DNA of 64,000 nucleotides from Escherichia coli (GTDB lineage: Bacteria; Pseudomonadota; Gammaproteobacteria; Enterobacterales; Enterobacteriaceae). Both the position numbers and the translations under genes were made by a program. The stretch lies in the NCBI RefSeq assembly GCF_044324785.1, contig NZ_CP172127.1. One strand, given 5' to 3'. The notes beneath the pieces were generated by a model that was not told where the DNA came from, did not search any database, and was given only the letters and a program-made list of their open reading frames with translations. Shown here in pieces: positions 46,861 through 62,199 of the stretch; position 1 is the first letter of the stretch; every line of letters begins with the position of its first letter.

Positions 46861-49005
46861 TTACTGCTGCTGTGCAGACTGAATCGCAGTCAGCGCGATG
46901 GTGTAGACGATATCGTCAACCAGTGCGCCACGGGACAGGTCGTTAACCGGCTTGCGCATACCCTGCAGCATCGGCCCGATGGAGATCAGGTCGGCAGAAC
47001 GCTGTACCGCTTTGTAGGTGGTGTTACCGGTGTTCAGATCCGGGAAGATGAACACGGTAGCGCGACCTGCAACCGGAGAGTTCGGCGCTTTGGATTTCGC
47101 AACGTCAGCCATTACCGCAGCGTCGTACTGCAGCGGACCGTCGATCATCAGGTCAGGACGTTTTTCCTGCGCCAGACGAGTTGCTTCGCGAACTTTTTCT
47201 ACGTCGCTACCAGCACCAGAAGTACCGGTGGAGTAGGAGAGCATAGCAACGCGCGGTTCGATACCGAAGGCCGCAGCGGAATCAGCGGACTGAATCGCGA
47301 TTTCTGCCAGCTGTTCTGCGGTCGGATCCGGGTTGATCGCACAGTCACCGTAAACGTAAACCTGTTCTGGCAGCAGCATGAAGAACACGGAAGATACCAG
47401 GGAGCTGCCCGGAGCCGTTTTGATCAGCTGCAGCGGCGGACGGATGGTGTTTGCGGTGGTGTGAACAGCACCGGAAACCAGACCATCAACTTCGTCCTGT
47501 TCCAGCATCAGCGTACCGAGAACCACGTTGTCTTCCAGCTGTTCGCGGGCAACGGTTTCGGTCATGCCTTTGTTCTTACGCAGCTCGACCAGACGACCAA
47601 CATAGCTTTCGCGAACCACTTCTGGATCAACGATTTCAATGCCTGCACCCAGTTCTACACCCTGAGACGCTGCAACACGGTTGATCTCTGCCGGATTACC
47701 CAGCAGTACGCAAGTTGCGATACCACGTTCAGCACAGATAGCAGCTGCCTTAACGGTACGCGGTTCGTCACCTTCCGGCAGAACGATACGTTTGCCCGCT
47801 TTGCGCGCAAGTTCAGTCAGCTGATAACGGAACGCTGGCGGAGACAGACGACGGCTGCGCTCAGAAGTGGCAGTCAGAGAATCGATCCAGTCAGCGTTGA
47901 TGTAGTTAGCAACGTATTCCTGAACTTTCTCGATACGCTCGTGATCGTCAACCGGAACTTCCAGGTTGAAGCTCTGCAGGCTCAGAGAAGTCTGCCAGGT
48001 GTTGGTGTTCACCATAAATACCGGCAGGCCGGTAGCGAAAGCACGTTCGCACAGTTTAGAAATGCGCGCGTCCATTTCGTAGCCGCCAGTCAGCAGCAGG
48101 GCACCGATTTCTACGCCGTTCATGGCAGCCAGGCAAGCGGCAACCAGCACGTCAGGACGGTCTGCGGAAGTCACCAGCAGAGAACCGGCACGGAAGTGCT
48201 CCAGCATGTGTGGAATGCTGCGTGCGCAGAAAGTGACGGATTTAACGCGGCGAGTATTGATGTCGCCTTCGTTGATGATGGTCGCATTCAGGTGGCGAGC
48301 CATATCGATCGCACGAGTCGCGATCAGGTCAAAGCTCCACGGCACCGCGCCGAGAACCGGCAGTGGGCTGGATTCTTGCAGCTTCGCCGGATCAACATTG
48401 TTTACTTTAGCTTTGGAAGAGTCGTCGAAAATCTCGGACAGATCCGGGCGAGTACGGCCCTGTTCATCAACCGGTGCATTCAGTTTGTTAACGATAACGC
48501 CGGTGATGTTGGTGTTTTTGGCACCGCCGAAGCTGTTGCGGGTCAGTTCGATACGCTCTTTCAGCTGTTCCGGGGTGTCAGTGCCCTGAGACATAACGAA
48601 GACGATTTCCGCATTCAGCGTTTTAGCGATTTCGTAGTTCAGAGACTGGGCAAACTGGTGCTTACGTGTCGGGACCAGACCTTCAACCAGAACGACTTCA
48701 GCGTCTTTGGTGTTAGCGTGGTAGTTTGCGACGATCTCTTCCATCAGCACATCTTTCTGATTGCTGGAAAGCAGACCTTCAACGTAGCTCATTTTCAGCG
48801 GTTCAGCGGCCGTCGTGGTGGAAGAGTTCGCACGTACGATAGTCGTAGTCTGATCGGGCGCATCGCCACCGGTACGCGGCTGAGCGATAGGTTTGAAAAC
48901 GCTCAGACGAACGCCTTTGCGTTCCATTGCACGGATCACGCCAAGGCTGACGCTGGTCAGACCGACGCTGGTTCCGGTAGGGATCAGCATAATAATACGG
49001 GACAC
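46861..49005 (-). CDS. pta: Phosphate acetyltransferase
   Basis: 714-aa [35 protein letters not shown]... Confidence 0.97.
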   Translation of the reverse strand: MSRIIMLIPTGTSVGLTSVSLGVIRAMERKGVRLSVFKPIAQPRTGGDAPDQTTTIVRANSSTTTAAEPLKMSYVEGLLSSNQKDVLMEEIVANYHANTKDAEVVLVEGLVPTRKHQFAQSLNYEIAKTLNAEIVFVMSQGTDTPEQLKERIELTRNSFGGAKNTNITGVIVNKLNAPVDEQGRTRPDLSEIFDDSSKAKVNNVDPAKLQESSPLPVLGAVPWSFDLIATRAIDMARHLNATIINEGDINTRRVKSVTFCARSIPHMLEHFRAGSLLVTSADRPDVLVAACLAAMNGVEIGALLLTGGYEMDARISKLCERAFATGLPVFMVNTNTWQTSLSLQSFNLEVPVDDHERIEKVQEYVANYINADWIDSLTATSERSRRLSPPAFRYQLTELARKAGKRIVLPEGDEPRTVKAAAICAERGIATCVLLGNPAEINRVAASQGVELGAGIEIVDPEVVRESYVGRLVELRKNKGMTETVAREQLEDNVVLGTLMLEQDEVDGLVSGAVHTTANTIRPPLQLIKTAPGSSLVSSVFFMLLPEQVYVYGDCAINPDPTAEQLAEIAIQSADSAAAFGIEPRVAMLSYSTGTSGAGSDVEKVREATRLAQEKRPDLMIDGPLQYDAAVMADVAKSKAPNSPVAGRATVFIFPDLNTGNTTYKAVQRSADLISIGPMLQGMRKPVNDLSRGALVDDIVYTIALTAIQSAQQQ

Positions 49006-49079
49006 GGTTTATCCTCTTTCGTTACCGCCGATTTGGCGGGTTACAAAACAGCACCGCCAGCTGAGCTGGCGGTGTGAAA

Positions 49080-50282
49080 TCAGGCAGTCAGGCGGCTCGC
49101 GTCTTGCGCGATAACCAGTTCTTCGTTGGTTGGGATAACCACCGCAGGACGGGTACCTTCTTTGTTGATGAAACCAGATTTGCCGAAACGTGCAGCCAGG
49201 TTGCGTTCATGATCAACTTCAAAGCCCAGCACGCCCAGTTTGCCCAGAGACAGTTCACGAACCATCGCGGCATTTTCACCGATACCACCGGTGAATACAA
49301 CAGCGTCCAGACGACCATCCATCAGCGCAGTGTAGGCACCGATGTATTTCGCCAGGCGGTGGCAGTAAACGTCCATTGCGCGCTTCGCGTCTTCTTTCGT
49401 CGCGTAGTTGTCTTCAACATAGCGGCAGTCGCTGGTCACTTCGGTCAGACCCAGCAGGCCAGACTCTTTGGTCAGCAGTTTGTTGATTGCGTCAACGCTC
49501 ATGCCCAGGGTGTCGTGCAGGTGGAAGATGATCGCCGGATCGATATCACCAGAACGGGTACCCATGACCAGACCTTCCAGCGGGGTCAGGCCCATAGAGG
49601 TGTCAACGCATTTACCGTTGCGGATAGCAGAAACGGAACCACCGTTGCCCAGGTGGCAGGTGATGATGTTCAGTTCTTCTACCGGTTTGTTCAGCATTTT
49701 TGCCGCTTCCTGGGTTACATAGAAGTGGCTGGTGCCGTGCGCGCCGTAACGACGGATGCCGTGCTCTTTGTACAGGTTGTACGGCAGGGCGTAGAGGTAA
49801 GACTCTTCCGGCATAGTCTGGTGGAACGCGGTGTCAAATACAGCAACGTTTTTGTCTTTCAGCTGTGGGAAAGATTTCAGAGCTTCTTCGATACCGATCA
49901 GGTGAGCCGGGTTGTGCAGCGGTGCAAAAGAAGCTGCATCTTTGATACCCTGAATAACAGACTCATCGATCACTACGGAGCTGGTATACTTTTCGCCGCC
50001 GTGTACGATACGGTGACCGATAGCAGTCAGCTGCGCAGACAGTTCTGGTTTTTGTGCCAGAATAGTATTAACGATAAAGTTGAGCGCTTCGCTGTGAGCG
50101 GCGCCTGCACCTAAAGCCGCTTCCTGTTTATTGCCGTCCATTTTCCATTTGATACGTGCTTCGGGCAGGTGGAAACATTCGGCTAAACCAGAAAGGTACT
50201 CTTCACCATTTACTGCATCGATGATTGCAAATTTCAGTGAAGAACTACCGCAGTTCAGAACCAGTACTAACTTACTCGACAT
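49080..50282 (-). CDS. ackA: Acetate kinase
   Basis: 400-aa [33 protein letters not shown]... Confidence 0.97.
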   Translation of the reverse strand: MSSKLVLVLNCGSSSLKFAIIDAVNGEEYLSGLAECFHLPEARIKWKMDGNKQEAALGAGAAHSEALNFIVNTILAQKPELSAQLTAIGHRIVHGGEKYTSSVVIDESVIQGIKDAASFAPLHNPAHLIGIEEALKSFPQLKDKNVAVFDTAFHQTMPEESYLYALPYNLYKEHGIRRYGAHGTSHFYVTQEAAKMLNKPVEELNIITCHLGNGGSVSAIRNGKCVDTSMGLTPLEGLVMGTRSGDIDPAIIFHLHDTLGMSVDAINKLLTKESGLLGLTEVTSDCRYVEDNYATKEDAKRAMDVYCHRLAKYIGAYTALMDGRLDAVVFTGGIGENAAMVRELSLGKLGVLGFEVDHERNLAARFGKSGFINKEGTRPAVVIPTNEELVIAQDASRLTA

Positions 50283-50619
50283 GGAAGTACCTATAATTGA
50301 TACGTGGCTAAAAAAACGTCAGGGAGCCATAGAGCGTAGCGCATGATGACACCGACATTTATGATTAACATCATGCACTGCAAATTTTTTTTGCATGATG
50401 GAAGAAATATCTTGAGTCTATGCCATTTTGCGTAATTTTCAGCCAATGGCATAATGTATATGAATTTGACGACTCAATAAATATGTACTACTTAGGCCTT
50501 CAGGCTGCTAAAGGATACCTGATAGTGGGTATGGAAGACAAAATGTTTTGAACGTTGTCCCGCTGAGTTGTGAATTTGCACAAATTTTTGAATCTTTATA
50601 TGTGAAGTTGAGGTGAAGC

Positions 50620-51075
50620 ATGTCAACGCCGGATAATCGTTCTGTTAATTTTTTTAGCTTGTTTCGCCGGGGACAGCATTACTCAAAGACGTGGCCGCTG
50701 GAAAAACGCCTTGCCCCGGTCTTTGTCGAAAATCGCGTTATCAAGATGACGCGTTATGCGATCCGTTTTATGCCGCCGATCGCCGTATTTACTCTCTGCT
50801 GGCAGATTGCCCTGGGCGGTCAGCTTGGGCCGGCAGTTGCCACTGCGCTGTTCGCCTTAAGTTTACCCATGCAGGGATTGTGGTGGCTGGGCAAACGTTC
50901 TGTAACGCCATTACCCCCTGCAATCCTTAACTGGTTTTATGAAGTTCGCGGTAAATTGCAGGAGTCTGGACAGGTGTTGGCACCCGTTGAAGGCAAGCCT
51001 GATTACCAGGCATTAGCTGACACGCTTAAGCGCGCCTTCAAACAACTGGATAAAACTTTCCTTGATGATTTGTAA
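50620..51075 (+). CDS. yfbV: Inner membrane protein YfbV (UPF0208)
   Basis: 151-aa ORF with hydrophobic segments; divergent from ackA. Confidence 0.85.
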
Positions 51076-51079
51076 TTGA

Positions 51080-51652
<573 letters not shown>

Positions 51653-51662
51653 GGAGGCCCGC

Positions 51663-52313
51663 GTGCGGTGCAAAGGTTTTCTGTTTGATCTTGATGGAAC
51701 GCTGGTGGATTCCCTGCCTGCGGTAGAGCGGGCGTGGAGCAACTGGGCCAGACGTCATGGGTTAGCGCCGGAAGAGGTGCTGGCTTTCATTCACGGTAAA
51801 CAGGCGATCACCTCTCTGCGCCATTTTATGGCGGGCAAATCCGGGGCTGATATTGCCGCCGAGTTTACGCGTCTTGAGCAAATCGAGGCCACGGAAACCG
51901 AGGGTATTACCGCGCTTCCGGGGGCAATCGCCTTACTCAATCATTTGAATAAAGCAGGTATTCCGTGGGCCATTGTGACTTCTGGCTCCATGCCGGTAGC
52001 GCGAGCGCGCCATAAAGTAGCTGGGCTTCCCGCACCAGAGGTGTTTGTAACCGCTGAGCGAGTGAAGCGCGGAAAACCAGAACCTGATGCGTATCTGTTA
52101 GGCGCGCAGCTGCTGGGGCTTGCGCCGCAGGAGTGTGTGGTGGTGGAAGATGCTCCCGCTGGCGTGCTTTCAGGCCTGGCGGCGGGTTGCCATGTCATTG
52201 CGGTTAACGCTCCGGCAGATACCCCGCGCCTGAATGAGGTCGATTTAGTCCTCCACAGTCTTGAGCAAATTACTGTGACCAAACAGCCAAATGGCGATGT
52301 TATTATTCAGTGA
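51663..52313 (+). CDS. hxpA: HAD-family sugar phosphatase
   Basis: GTG start; 216 aa with HAD motif FDLDGTLVDS. Confidence 0.85.
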   Translation: MRCKGFLFDLDGTLVDSLPAVERAWSNWARRHGLAPEEVLAFIHGKQAITSLRHFMAGKSGADIAAEFTRLEQIEATETEGITALPGAIALLNHLNKAGIPWAIVTSGSMPVARARHKVAGLPAPEVFVTAERVKRGKPEPDAYLLGAQLLGLAPQECVVVEDAPAGVLSGLAAGCHVIAVNAPADTPRLNEVDLVLHSLEQITVTKQPNGDVIIQ

Positions 52314-52331
52314 AACACCTGATCATGATTT

Positions 52332-52357
52332 AGCCCCGTCTCGTCGGGGCTTTTTTA
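52332..52357 (+). terminator. Rho-independent terminator after hxpA
   Basis: Stem agccccg/cggggct with loop tctcgt followed by tttttt. Confidence 0.65.
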
Positions 52358-52399
52358 TGGCAGAATCAAGTCATCCCCCTCAATTAACAAGGATAAGTT

Positions 52400-54232
52400 G
52401 TGAACGGTGAATTGATTTGGGTTCTTTCATTACTGGCCGTTGCCATCGTCTTGTTTGCGACGGGCAGAGTGCGTATGGATGCGGTCGCTTTGTTTGTTAT
52501 TGTCGCGTTTGCATTAAGCGGAACGCTGACGGTCCCCGAAGTATTTTCCGGCTTTTCCGATCCTAACGTTGTCCTGATTGCCGCCTTGTTTATTATTGGC
52601 GATGGTTTGGTCCGTACCGGTGTTGCCACTGTAATGGGGACATGGCTGGTCAAAGTGGCGGGCAACAGTGAAATCAAAATGTTGGTTTTGTTGATGCTGA
52701 CCGTCGCGGGGCTTGGCGCGTTTATGAGTTCAACCGGCGTTGTCGCTATCTTTATTCCCGTGGTGTTAAGCGTTGCCATGCGTATGCAAACGTCGCCGTC
52801 GCGTCTGATGATGCCGTTAAGTTTTGCCGGGCTGATAAGCGGCATGATGACGCTGGTGGCGACGCCGCCGAACCTGGTAGTCAACAGTGAATTGCTGCGT
52901 GAAGGCTATCACGGCTTCAGTTTCTTTAGCGTAACACCTATTGGCCTGGTCGTGCTGGTGCTGGGTATTTTGTATATGTTAGTGATGCGTTTCATGCTGA
53001 AAGGGGATACCCAGACCCCGCAGCGCGAAGGCTGGACGCGTCGAACCTTTCGCGATCTTATCCGTGAATATCGACTGACCGGGCGTGCGCGTCGTCTGGC
53101 TATTCGCCCCGGTTCGCCAATGATTGGTCAACGGCTGGACGATCTCAAACTACGTGAGCGTTATGGCGCTAACGTCATCGGTGTTGAACGCTGGCGGCGT
53201 TTTCGTCGCGTTATCGTGAATGTTAACGGGGTTTCTGAATTTCGCGCGCGTGACGTTTTGCTTATTGATATGTCTGCGGCTGATGTCGATCTCCGGCAAT
53301 TTTGTAGTGAGCAGTTGCTGGAGCCGATGGTACTACGCGGCGAGTATTTTTCTGACCAGGCACTTGATGTGGGCATGGCAGAGATTTCATTAATTCCTGA
53401 GTCTGAACTTATTGGTAAATCGGTGCGCGAAATTGGTTTTCGTACCCGCTACGGACTGAATGTGGTGGGGCTAAAGCGCAATGGCGTGGCGCTGGAAGGT
53501 TCGCTGGCGGATGAGCCTCTGCTGCTGGGCGATATCATCCTGGTTGTGGGTAACTGGAAACTGATCGGTATGCTGGCAAAACAGGGGCGTGACTTTGTGG
53601 CGCTGAACTTACCAGAAGAAGTGAGTGAAGCATCGCCAGCACACAGTCAGGCACCTCATGCCATTTTTTGCCTGGTGTTGATGGTGGCGTTAATGCTTAC
53701 CGATGAAATCCCTAATCCTGTTGCCGCTATCATCGCCTGCCTGCTGATGGGGAAATTCCGCTGTATCGATGCTGAAAGCGCCTATAAATCCATTCACTGG
53801 CCGAGCATTATTTTGATCGTTGGGATGATGCCGTTTGCTGTGGCATTACAGAAAACGGGAGGTGTCGCGCTGGCGGTGAAAGGGCTGATGGACATTGGCG
53901 GCGGTTACGGGCCACATATGATGCTGGGTTGTTTGTTTGTCTTGTCGGCGGTTATTGGGCTATTTATCTCTAATACCGCAACGGCGGTGTTGATGGCTCC
54001 GATTGCGCTGGCTGCTGCCAAAACGATGGGTGTGTCGCCTTATCCATTTGCGATGGTCGTGGCGATGGCAGCATCCGCCGCCTTTATGACACCGGTTTCT
54101 TCACCGGTTAACACACTGGTTTTAGGCCCGGGAAATTACAGCTTCAGTGACTTTGTGAAGTTGGGGGTACCGTTCACCATTATCGTGATGGCGGTTTGTG
54201 TGGTGATGATCCCGATGCTGTTTCCGTTTTGA
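52400..54232 (+). CDS. yfbS: Putative ion/solute transporter YfbS
   Basis: 610-aa ORF with hydrophobic N- and C-terminal halves flanking a soluble central segment. Confidence 0.9.
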
Positions 54233-54237
54233 CAAGA

Positions 54238-54277
54238 GCCTGATGTCGCATCCGGCGCTTATTGCCTGATGCGACGC
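54238..54277. repeat. REP-like palindrome between yfbS and yfbR
   Basis: gtcgcatc...gatgcgac inverted repeat within gcctgatgtcgcatccggcgcttattgcctgatgcgacgc. Confidence 0.45.
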
Positions 54278-54290
54278 AGACTCCGGCTGC

Positions 54291-54890
54291 TTACAGCGGT
54301 GAATCCTGGCTAATCTCATCGAGCGAAAGATGGAAGCTGGGAACAAAGACTTCCATGAAGTAGTCCATCTCCTGGCTGCGGCGCGCTTCAAGCGTCGCTT
54401 CCAGTCGCGTTTTTGCCAGCAAGAATTCATTATTTCCCGCCGCGAGTTCTTCCAGACATTTCAGATATGCACACAGTGCATCTGCCTGTTTCACCAGCGA
54501 TTTCTCTTCATCGCTATATGCATGCTCGTCAATTAACGGCGCAAAGATATCCCGCAGCTCTTCCGGAACCATATCGACCAGTTTTTGCTGAGCGATTTTT
54601 TCAATCGCCTTGTACTCCTGAGCGATTTGCGAATTGAAGTATTTCACCGGAGTAGGGAGATCGCCGGTGAGCACTTCTGAGGCATCGTGGTACATCGCCA
54701 GTAAAGCGATACGTTCGGCGTTGACATTACCGCCAAATTTCCGATTTTTGATAGCTGCCAGCGCATGGGCGACCATCGCTACCTGCAAACTGTGTTCGGA
54801 CACATTTTCAGTCCGCACGTTGCGCATCAGCGGCCAGCGGTTAATGAGTTTCAGGCGGGAGAGATGGGCAAAAAAATGGCTCTGTTTCAT
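54291..54890 (-). CDS. yfbR: 5'-deoxynucleotidase (HD domain)
   Basis: 199-aa [41 protein letters not shown]... with HD motif. Confidence 0.9.
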
Positions 54891-54973
54891 AGTGACCTTA
54901 CGTATGATGACATCATCAGGTCATTGTGGCGGGATAACACTGCCGGATGCAATCTCCGGCAGTGAAATTAAGA

Positions 54974-56191
54974 TTACAGCTGATGATAACCAGAAAGGAA
55001 ACGCGCGAACTTGCTCAAAGACAGCTCGATATCATCGACACGCGGTAGCGTGACAATGCGGAAGTGATCCGGCCACGGCCAGTTGAATGCCGTCCCTTGC
55101 ACCAACAGAACTTTTTCCTGCAACAGGAAATCCAGCACCATTTTCTGATCGTCGTGAATATTAAAGCGTTTGGCGTCGATTTTCGGGAACATGTACAGCG
55201 CACCACGAGGTTTCACGCAGGAAACGCCCGGAATATCATTGATCAATTCCCATGCGCGGTTACGCTGCTCATAAAGACGACCGCCAGGGGTAATAAATTC
55301 ACTGATGCTCTGATAACCGCCTAGTGCAGTCTGAATGGCGTGTTGCGCAGGAACGTTAGCACACAGGCGCATTGAGGCCAGCATTTCCAGACCTTCGATG
55401 TAACCTTTGGCGTGTTTTTTCGGCCCGTTCAACACCATCCACCCCTGACGGAAGCCAGCAACGCGGTACGTTTTCGACAGTCCGTTAAAGGTAATGGTCA
55501 GCAGATCAGGTGCCAGCGGCGCAATTGAGTGATGCTCAGCGTCGTCGTAGAGAATTTTGTCATAAATTTCATCGGCGAAGATAATGAGATTATGCTGACG
55601 TGCAATCTCCACTATCTCCATTAACAGCTCTTTGGAATATACCGCGCCGGTTGGGTTATTTGGATTGATAATAACGATCCCACGCGTACGAGGCGTAATT
55701 TTAGCGCGAATATCATCAAGGTCCGGGAACCAGTCAGAGGATTCATCGCAAAGATAATGCACCGCTTTACCGCTGGAGAGCGAAACCGCCGCGGTCCATA
55801 GTGGGTAATCAGGTGCAGGAACCAACATTTCGTCCCCGCTGTTCAGCAATGCCTGCATTGCCTGAACGATAAGCTCCGATACACCATTGCCGATGTAAAT
55901 ATCTTCCACGGTAACATCACGCATGCCACGAGCCTGGTAGTGCTGCATGATGGCTTTACGCGCGGAGTAAAGCCCTTTGGAATCGCAATACCCTTGAGCG
56001 GTAGGCAGGTTGCGAATCACGTCAACGAGGATTTCATCTGGCGCGTCAAAACCGAATGGTGCAGGATTGCCGATGTTCAGTTTCAGTACCTTGTTACCTT
56101 CTTCTTCCAGGCGTTTTGCTTCTTTCAGCACCGGACCACGGATGTCGTAACAGACATTCTCTAATTTGCTGGATTTTTCAATGGGGGACAT
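54974..56191 (-). CDS. alaA: Glutamate-pyruvate aminotransferase
   Basis: 405-aa ORF, PLP aminotransferase class I. Confidence 0.95.
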   Translation of the reverse strand: MSPIEKSSKLENVCYDIRGPVLKEAKRLEEEGNKVLKLNIGNPAPFGFDAPDEILVDVIRNLPTAQGYCDSKGLYSARKAIMQHYQARGMRDVTVEDIYIGNGVSELIVQAMQALLNSGDEMLVPAPDYPLWTAAVSLSSGKAVHYLCDESSDWFPDLDDIRAKITPRTRGIVIINPNNPTGAVYSKELLMEIVEIARQHNLIIFADEIYDKILYDDAEHHSIAPLAPDLLTITFNGLSKTYRVAGFRQGWMVLNGPKKHAKGYIEGLEMLASMRLCANVPAQHAIQTALGGYQSISEFITPGGRLYEQRNRAWELINDIPGVSCVKPRGALYMFPKIDAKRFNIHDDQKMVLDFLLQEKVLLVQGTAFNWPWPDHFRIVTLPRVDDIELSLSKFARFLSGYHQL

Positions 56192-58049
<1,858 letters not shown>

Positions 58050-58093
58050 TCGACGGACCATAGATAATTTCTGAGACAATAGTGTAAAAACGA

Positions 58094-58131
58094 GCCGCTG
58101 GGGGTGTTTTAAACCCCAGCGGCTTTTTTTT
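58094..58131 (+). terminator. Rho-independent terminator after lrhA
   Basis: Stem gccgctgggg/ccccagcggc with 9-nt loop followed by a T8 run. Confidence 0.75.
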
Positions 58132-58678
58132 AGTAAAAAGCCTTCCTCGTATCGTGCAGAACGTACAAAACTGTTCATTTTTCAATCACCAGAGATTCAC
58201 GTCCCGAACGCACAAATAATCGCCTGAAAAAAATCACCTGCTACAATGATGTTAAAAAATACGTAAATTTGTTGCTGCGTTTTTGTTATGGAATGACAAA
58301 AGCGTGTCACAGATCAAGAAAATACTCTCTTTTGGGGGGAGGAATCGACACAAATTCCTGTCAAAATAGACCCGTATTTTTTCCATTGCTTCACAACGGA
58401 CACGATTCAACAACATCTAATTATCCTGGAGTCGTCAAGGATCTGGGGTGAAAGGGCATTAAATGCTAATGGTGTTGATATTATGTAAACTAATGTGAAG
58501 AAACTTTTGTTAAAGTTGACAAAAGGTTATAGAAAGGAGTAAAAGACCACATCAATTAGCTGTATAAAAGAGTTTCTACAGTGATTGTAAGGTTTTTTTT
58601 ATTCCTCCCCATGAATCGATGTGGCGTCCATCTGCCGTGAAGAGCAGTGAATCTGGCGCTACTTTTGATGAGTAAGCA
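58132..58678 (+). promoter_or_regulatory. nuo operon upstream regulatory/promoter region
   Basis: ~550 bp non-coding between the lrhA terminator and nuoA; the nuo promoter region is known to be large and multiply regulated. Confidence 0.5.
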
Positions 58679-59122
58679 ATGAGTATGTCAACATCCACTG
58701 AAGTCATCGCTCATCACTGGGCATTCGCTATCTTTCTTATCGTTGCCATTGGCCTGTGTTGCCTGATGCTGGTAGGCGGTTGGTTTTTAGGCGGTCGCGC
58801 ACGCGCGAGGTCGAAAAACGTGCCGTTTGAATCCGGTATCGACTCGGTCGGCTCCGCCCGCTTACGCCTGTCCGCCAAGTTTTATCTGGTGGCCATGTTC
58901 TTCGTTATCTTCGACGTTGAAGCGCTGTATCTGTTCGCATGGTCAACCTCTATCCGCGAAAGCGGCTGGGTAGGCTTTGTGGAAGCTGCAATTTTTATTT
59001 TTGTGTTACTGGCAGGTCTGGTTTATCTGGTGCGTATTGGCGCGCTGGACTGGACGCCCGCGCGTTCACGCCGCGAGCGTATGAACCCGGAAACGAACAG
59101 TATCGCTAATCGTCAACGCTAA
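58679..59122 (+). CDS. nuoA: NADH-quinone oxidoreductase subunit A
   Basis: 147-aa [29 protein letters not shown]... Confidence 0.95.
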
Positions 59123-59137
59123 CCGCGAGGCATTAAG

Positions 59138-59800
59138 ATGGATTATACGCTCACCCGCATAGATCCCAACGGTGAGAACGACCGTTACCCCCTGCAAAAG
59201 CAGGAGATCGTAACCGACCCTCTGGAGCAAGAAGTTAACAAAAACGTGTTTATGGGCAAGCTCAATGACATGGTTAACTGGGGTCGTAAAAACTCAATTT
59301 GGCCGTATAACTTCGGTCTTTCCTGCTGTTACGTTGAGATGGTGACTTCGTTTACCGCGGTGCATGACGTGGCGCGTTTTGGCGCAGAAGTATTGCGTGC
59401 TTCGCCGCGTCAGGCTGACCTGATGGTGGTGGCAGGAACCTGCTTTACCAAAATGGCACCGGTTATTCAGCGTCTGTATGACCAGATGCTGGAACCAAAA
59501 TGGGTTATCTCAATGGGTGCCTGTGCCAACTCTGGCGGTATGTACGATATTTATTCCGTTGTGCAGGGCGTTGATAAATTCATCCCGGTTGATGTGTATA
59601 TCCCGGGCTGCCCGCCACGTCCTGAAGCGTACATGCAGGCACTGATGCTGTTGCAGGAATCTATCGGCAAAGAACGTCGTCCGCTCTCCTGGGTGGTTGG
59701 CGATCAGGGCGTTTATCGCGCCAATATGCAATCAGAGCGCGAACGCAAGCGCGGTGAACGCATTGCCGTAACCAACCTGCGTACACCTGACGAGATTTAA
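59138..59800 (+). CDS. nuoB: NADH-quinone oxidoreductase subunit B
   Basis: 220-aa ORF with Fe-S cluster cysteines (SCCYVEM ... GCPP). Confidence 0.97.
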
Positions 59801-59893
59801 TTTGCGCCTGTCGGCAAAGGGATTTTTCTTCGCTTATTCCTAAATCTATTTCGCGAAGCTTACTGCGCCGACAGTCACCACGGACCATTTGCA

Positions 59894-61696
59894 ATGGTGA
59901 ACAATATGACCGACTTAACCGCGCAAGAACCCGCCTGGCAGACCCGCGATCATCTTGATGATCCGGTGATTGGCGAACTGCGCAACCGTTTTGGGCCGGA
60001 TGCCTTTACTGTTCAGGCGACTCGCACCGGGGTTCCCGTTGTGTGGATCAAGCGTGAACAATTACTGGAAGTGGCCGATTTCTTAAAGAAACTGCCGAAA
60101 CCTTACGTCATGCTGTTTGACTTACACGGCATGGACGAACGTCTGCGCACACACCGCGAAGGGTTACCTGCCGCGGATTTTTCCGTTTTCTACCATCTGA
60201 TTTCTATCGATCGTAACCGCGACATCATGCTGAAAGTGGCGCTGGCAGAAAACGACCTGCACGTACCGACCTTCACCAAACTGTTCCCGAACGCTAACTG
60301 GTATGAGCGTGAAACCTGGGATCTGTTTGGCATTACTTTCGACGGTCACCCGAACCTGCGCCGCATCATGATGCCGCAAACCTGGAAAGGTCACCCGCTG
60401 CGTAAAGATTACCCGGCGCGCGCTACCGAATTCTCGCCGTTTGAGCTGACCAAAGCCAAACAGGATCTGGAAATGGAAGCCCTGACCTTCAAACCGGAAG
60501 AGTGGGGGATGAAGCGCGGCACCGAAAACGAGGACTTCATGTTCCTCAACCTCGGTCCGAACCACCCGTCGGCGCACGGGGCTTTCCGTATCGTTTTACA
60601 ACTCGATGGCGAAGAGATTGTCGACTGCGTACCAGACATCGGTTACCACCACCGTGGTGCAGAGAAAATGGGCGAACGCCAGTCCTGGCACAGCTACATT
60701 CCTTATACCGACCGTATCGAATACCTCGGCGGCTGCGTTAACGAAATGCCTTACGTGCTGGCGGTAGAGAAACTGGCCGGGATCACCGTGCCGGATCGCG
60801 TTAACGTCATTCGCGTAATGCTCTCCGAACTGTTCCGCATCAACAGCCACCTGCTGTATATCTCGACCTTTATTCAGGACGTCGGCGCGATGACGCCAGT
60901 GTTCTTCGCCTTTACCGATCGTCAGAAAATTTACGATCTGGTGGAAGCAATCACTGGTTTTCGTATGCACCCGGCGTGGTTCCGTATTGGCGGCGTAGCG
61001 CACGACCTGCCGCATGGCTGGGATCGCCTGCTGCGTGAGTTCCTCGACTGGATGCCGAAACGTCTGGCGTCTTACGAGAAAGCGGCGCTGCAAAACACCA
61101 TTCTGAAAGGTCGTTCCCAGGGCGTTGCCGCCTATGGCGCGAAAGAGGCGCTGGAGTGGGGCACCACCGGCGCGGGCCTTCGTGCTACCGGGATCGACTT
61201 CGACGTGCGTAAGGCGCGTCCTTATTCTGGCTATGAAAACTTCGACTTTGAAATCCCGGTTGGTGGTGGTGTTTCTGACTGCTACACCCGCGTAATGCTG
61301 AAAGTGGAAGAGCTGCGCCAGAGTCTGCGCATTCTTGAGCAGTGCCTCAACAACATGCCGGAAGGCCCGTTCAAAGCGGATCACCCGCTGACCACGCCGC
61401 CGCCGAAAGAGCGCACGCTGCAACATATCGAAACCCTGATCACCCACTTCCTGCAAGTGTCGTGGGGGCCGGTGATGCCTGCCAATGAATCCTTCCAGAT
61501 GATTGAGGCGACCAAGGGGATCAACAGTTACTACCTGACCAGCGACGGTAGCACCATGAGTTATCGCACCCGTATCCGTACGCCGAGTTATGCGCATTTG
61601 CAGCAAATTCCGGCGGCGATCCGCGGCAGCCTGGTGTCTGACCTGATTGTTTATCTGGGCAGTATCGATTTTGTTATGTCAGATGTGGACCGCTAA
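59894..61696 (+). CDS. nuoC: NADH-quinone oxidoreductase fused subunit C/D
   Basis: 600-aa ORF ([13 protein letters not shown]...; alternative start at 59906) with 30-kDa and 49-kDa subunit regions fused. Confidence 0.95.
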   Translation: MVNNMTDLTAQEPAWQTRDHLDDPVIGELRNRFGPDAFTVQATRTGVPVVWIKREQLLEVADFLKKLPKPYVMLFDLHGMDERLRTHREGLPAADFSVFYHLISIDRNRDIMLKVALAENDLHVPTFTKLFPNANWYERETWDLFGITFDGHPNLRRIMMPQTWKGHPLRKDYPARATEFSPFELTKAKQDLEMEALTFKPEEWGMKRGTENEDFMFLNLGPNHPSAHGAFRIVLQLDGEEIVDCVPDIGYHHRGAEKMGERQSWHSYIPYTDRIEYLGGCVNEMPYVLAVEKLAGITVPDRVNVIRVMLSELFRINSHLLYISTFIQDVGAMTPVFFAFTDRQKIYDLVEAITGFRMHPAWFRIGGVAHDLPHGWDRLLREFLDWMPKRLASYEKAALQNTILKGRSQGVAAYGAKEALEWGTTGAGLRATGIDFDVRKARPYSGYENFDFEIPVGGGVSDCYTRVMLKVEELRQSLRILEQCLNNMPEGPFKADHPLTTPPPKERTLQHIETLITHFLQVSWGPVMPANESFQMIEATKGINSYYLTSDGSTMSYRTRIRTPSYAHLQQIPAAIRGSLVSDLIVYLGSIDFVMSDVDR

Positions 61697-61698
61697 TT

Positions 61699-62199
61699 AT
61701 GCACGAGAATCAACAACCACAAACCGAGGCTTTTGAGCTGAGTGCGGCAGAGCGTGAAGCGATTGAGCACGAGATGCACCACTACGAAGACCCGCGTGCG
61801 GCGTCCATTGAAGCGCTGAAAATCGTTCAGAAGCAGCGTGGCTGGGTGCCGGATGGCGCGATCCACGCGATCGCCGATGTGCTGGGTATTCCGGCGAGCG
61901 ACGTCGAAGGCGTGGCAACGTTCTATAGCCAGATCTTCCGCCAGCCGGTTGGTCGCCATGTGATCCGTTATTGCGACAGCGTGGTCTGTCATATCAACGG
62001 TTATCAGGGTATTCAGGCGGCGCTCGAGAAAAAGCTGAACATCAAACCAGGGCAAACGACATTTGATGGCCGCTTTACGCTGCTGCCAACTTGCTGCCTG
62101 GGGAACTGTGATAAAGGGCCAAACATGATGATCGATGAGGATACTCACGCACATCTGACCCCGGAAGCGATCCCTGAACTGCTGGAGCGGTATAAATGA
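61699..62199 (+). CDS. nuoE: NADH-quinone oxidoreductase subunit E
   Basis: 166-aa ORF with 2Fe-2S cysteines. Confidence 0.97.

Noticed and set aside
46849..49077. 742-aa ORF on the plus strand, antisense to pta
   Set aside because: Exactly co-extensive with pta on the opposite strand; Arg/Val/Gly/Phe-rich composition typical of shadow frames in codon-biased genes; no Shine-Dalgarno or promoter context; pta is the recognisable gene
49074..50114. 346-aa ORF antisense to ackA
   Set aside because: Shadow ORF nested within ackA with non-protein-like composition; ackA is the recognisable gene
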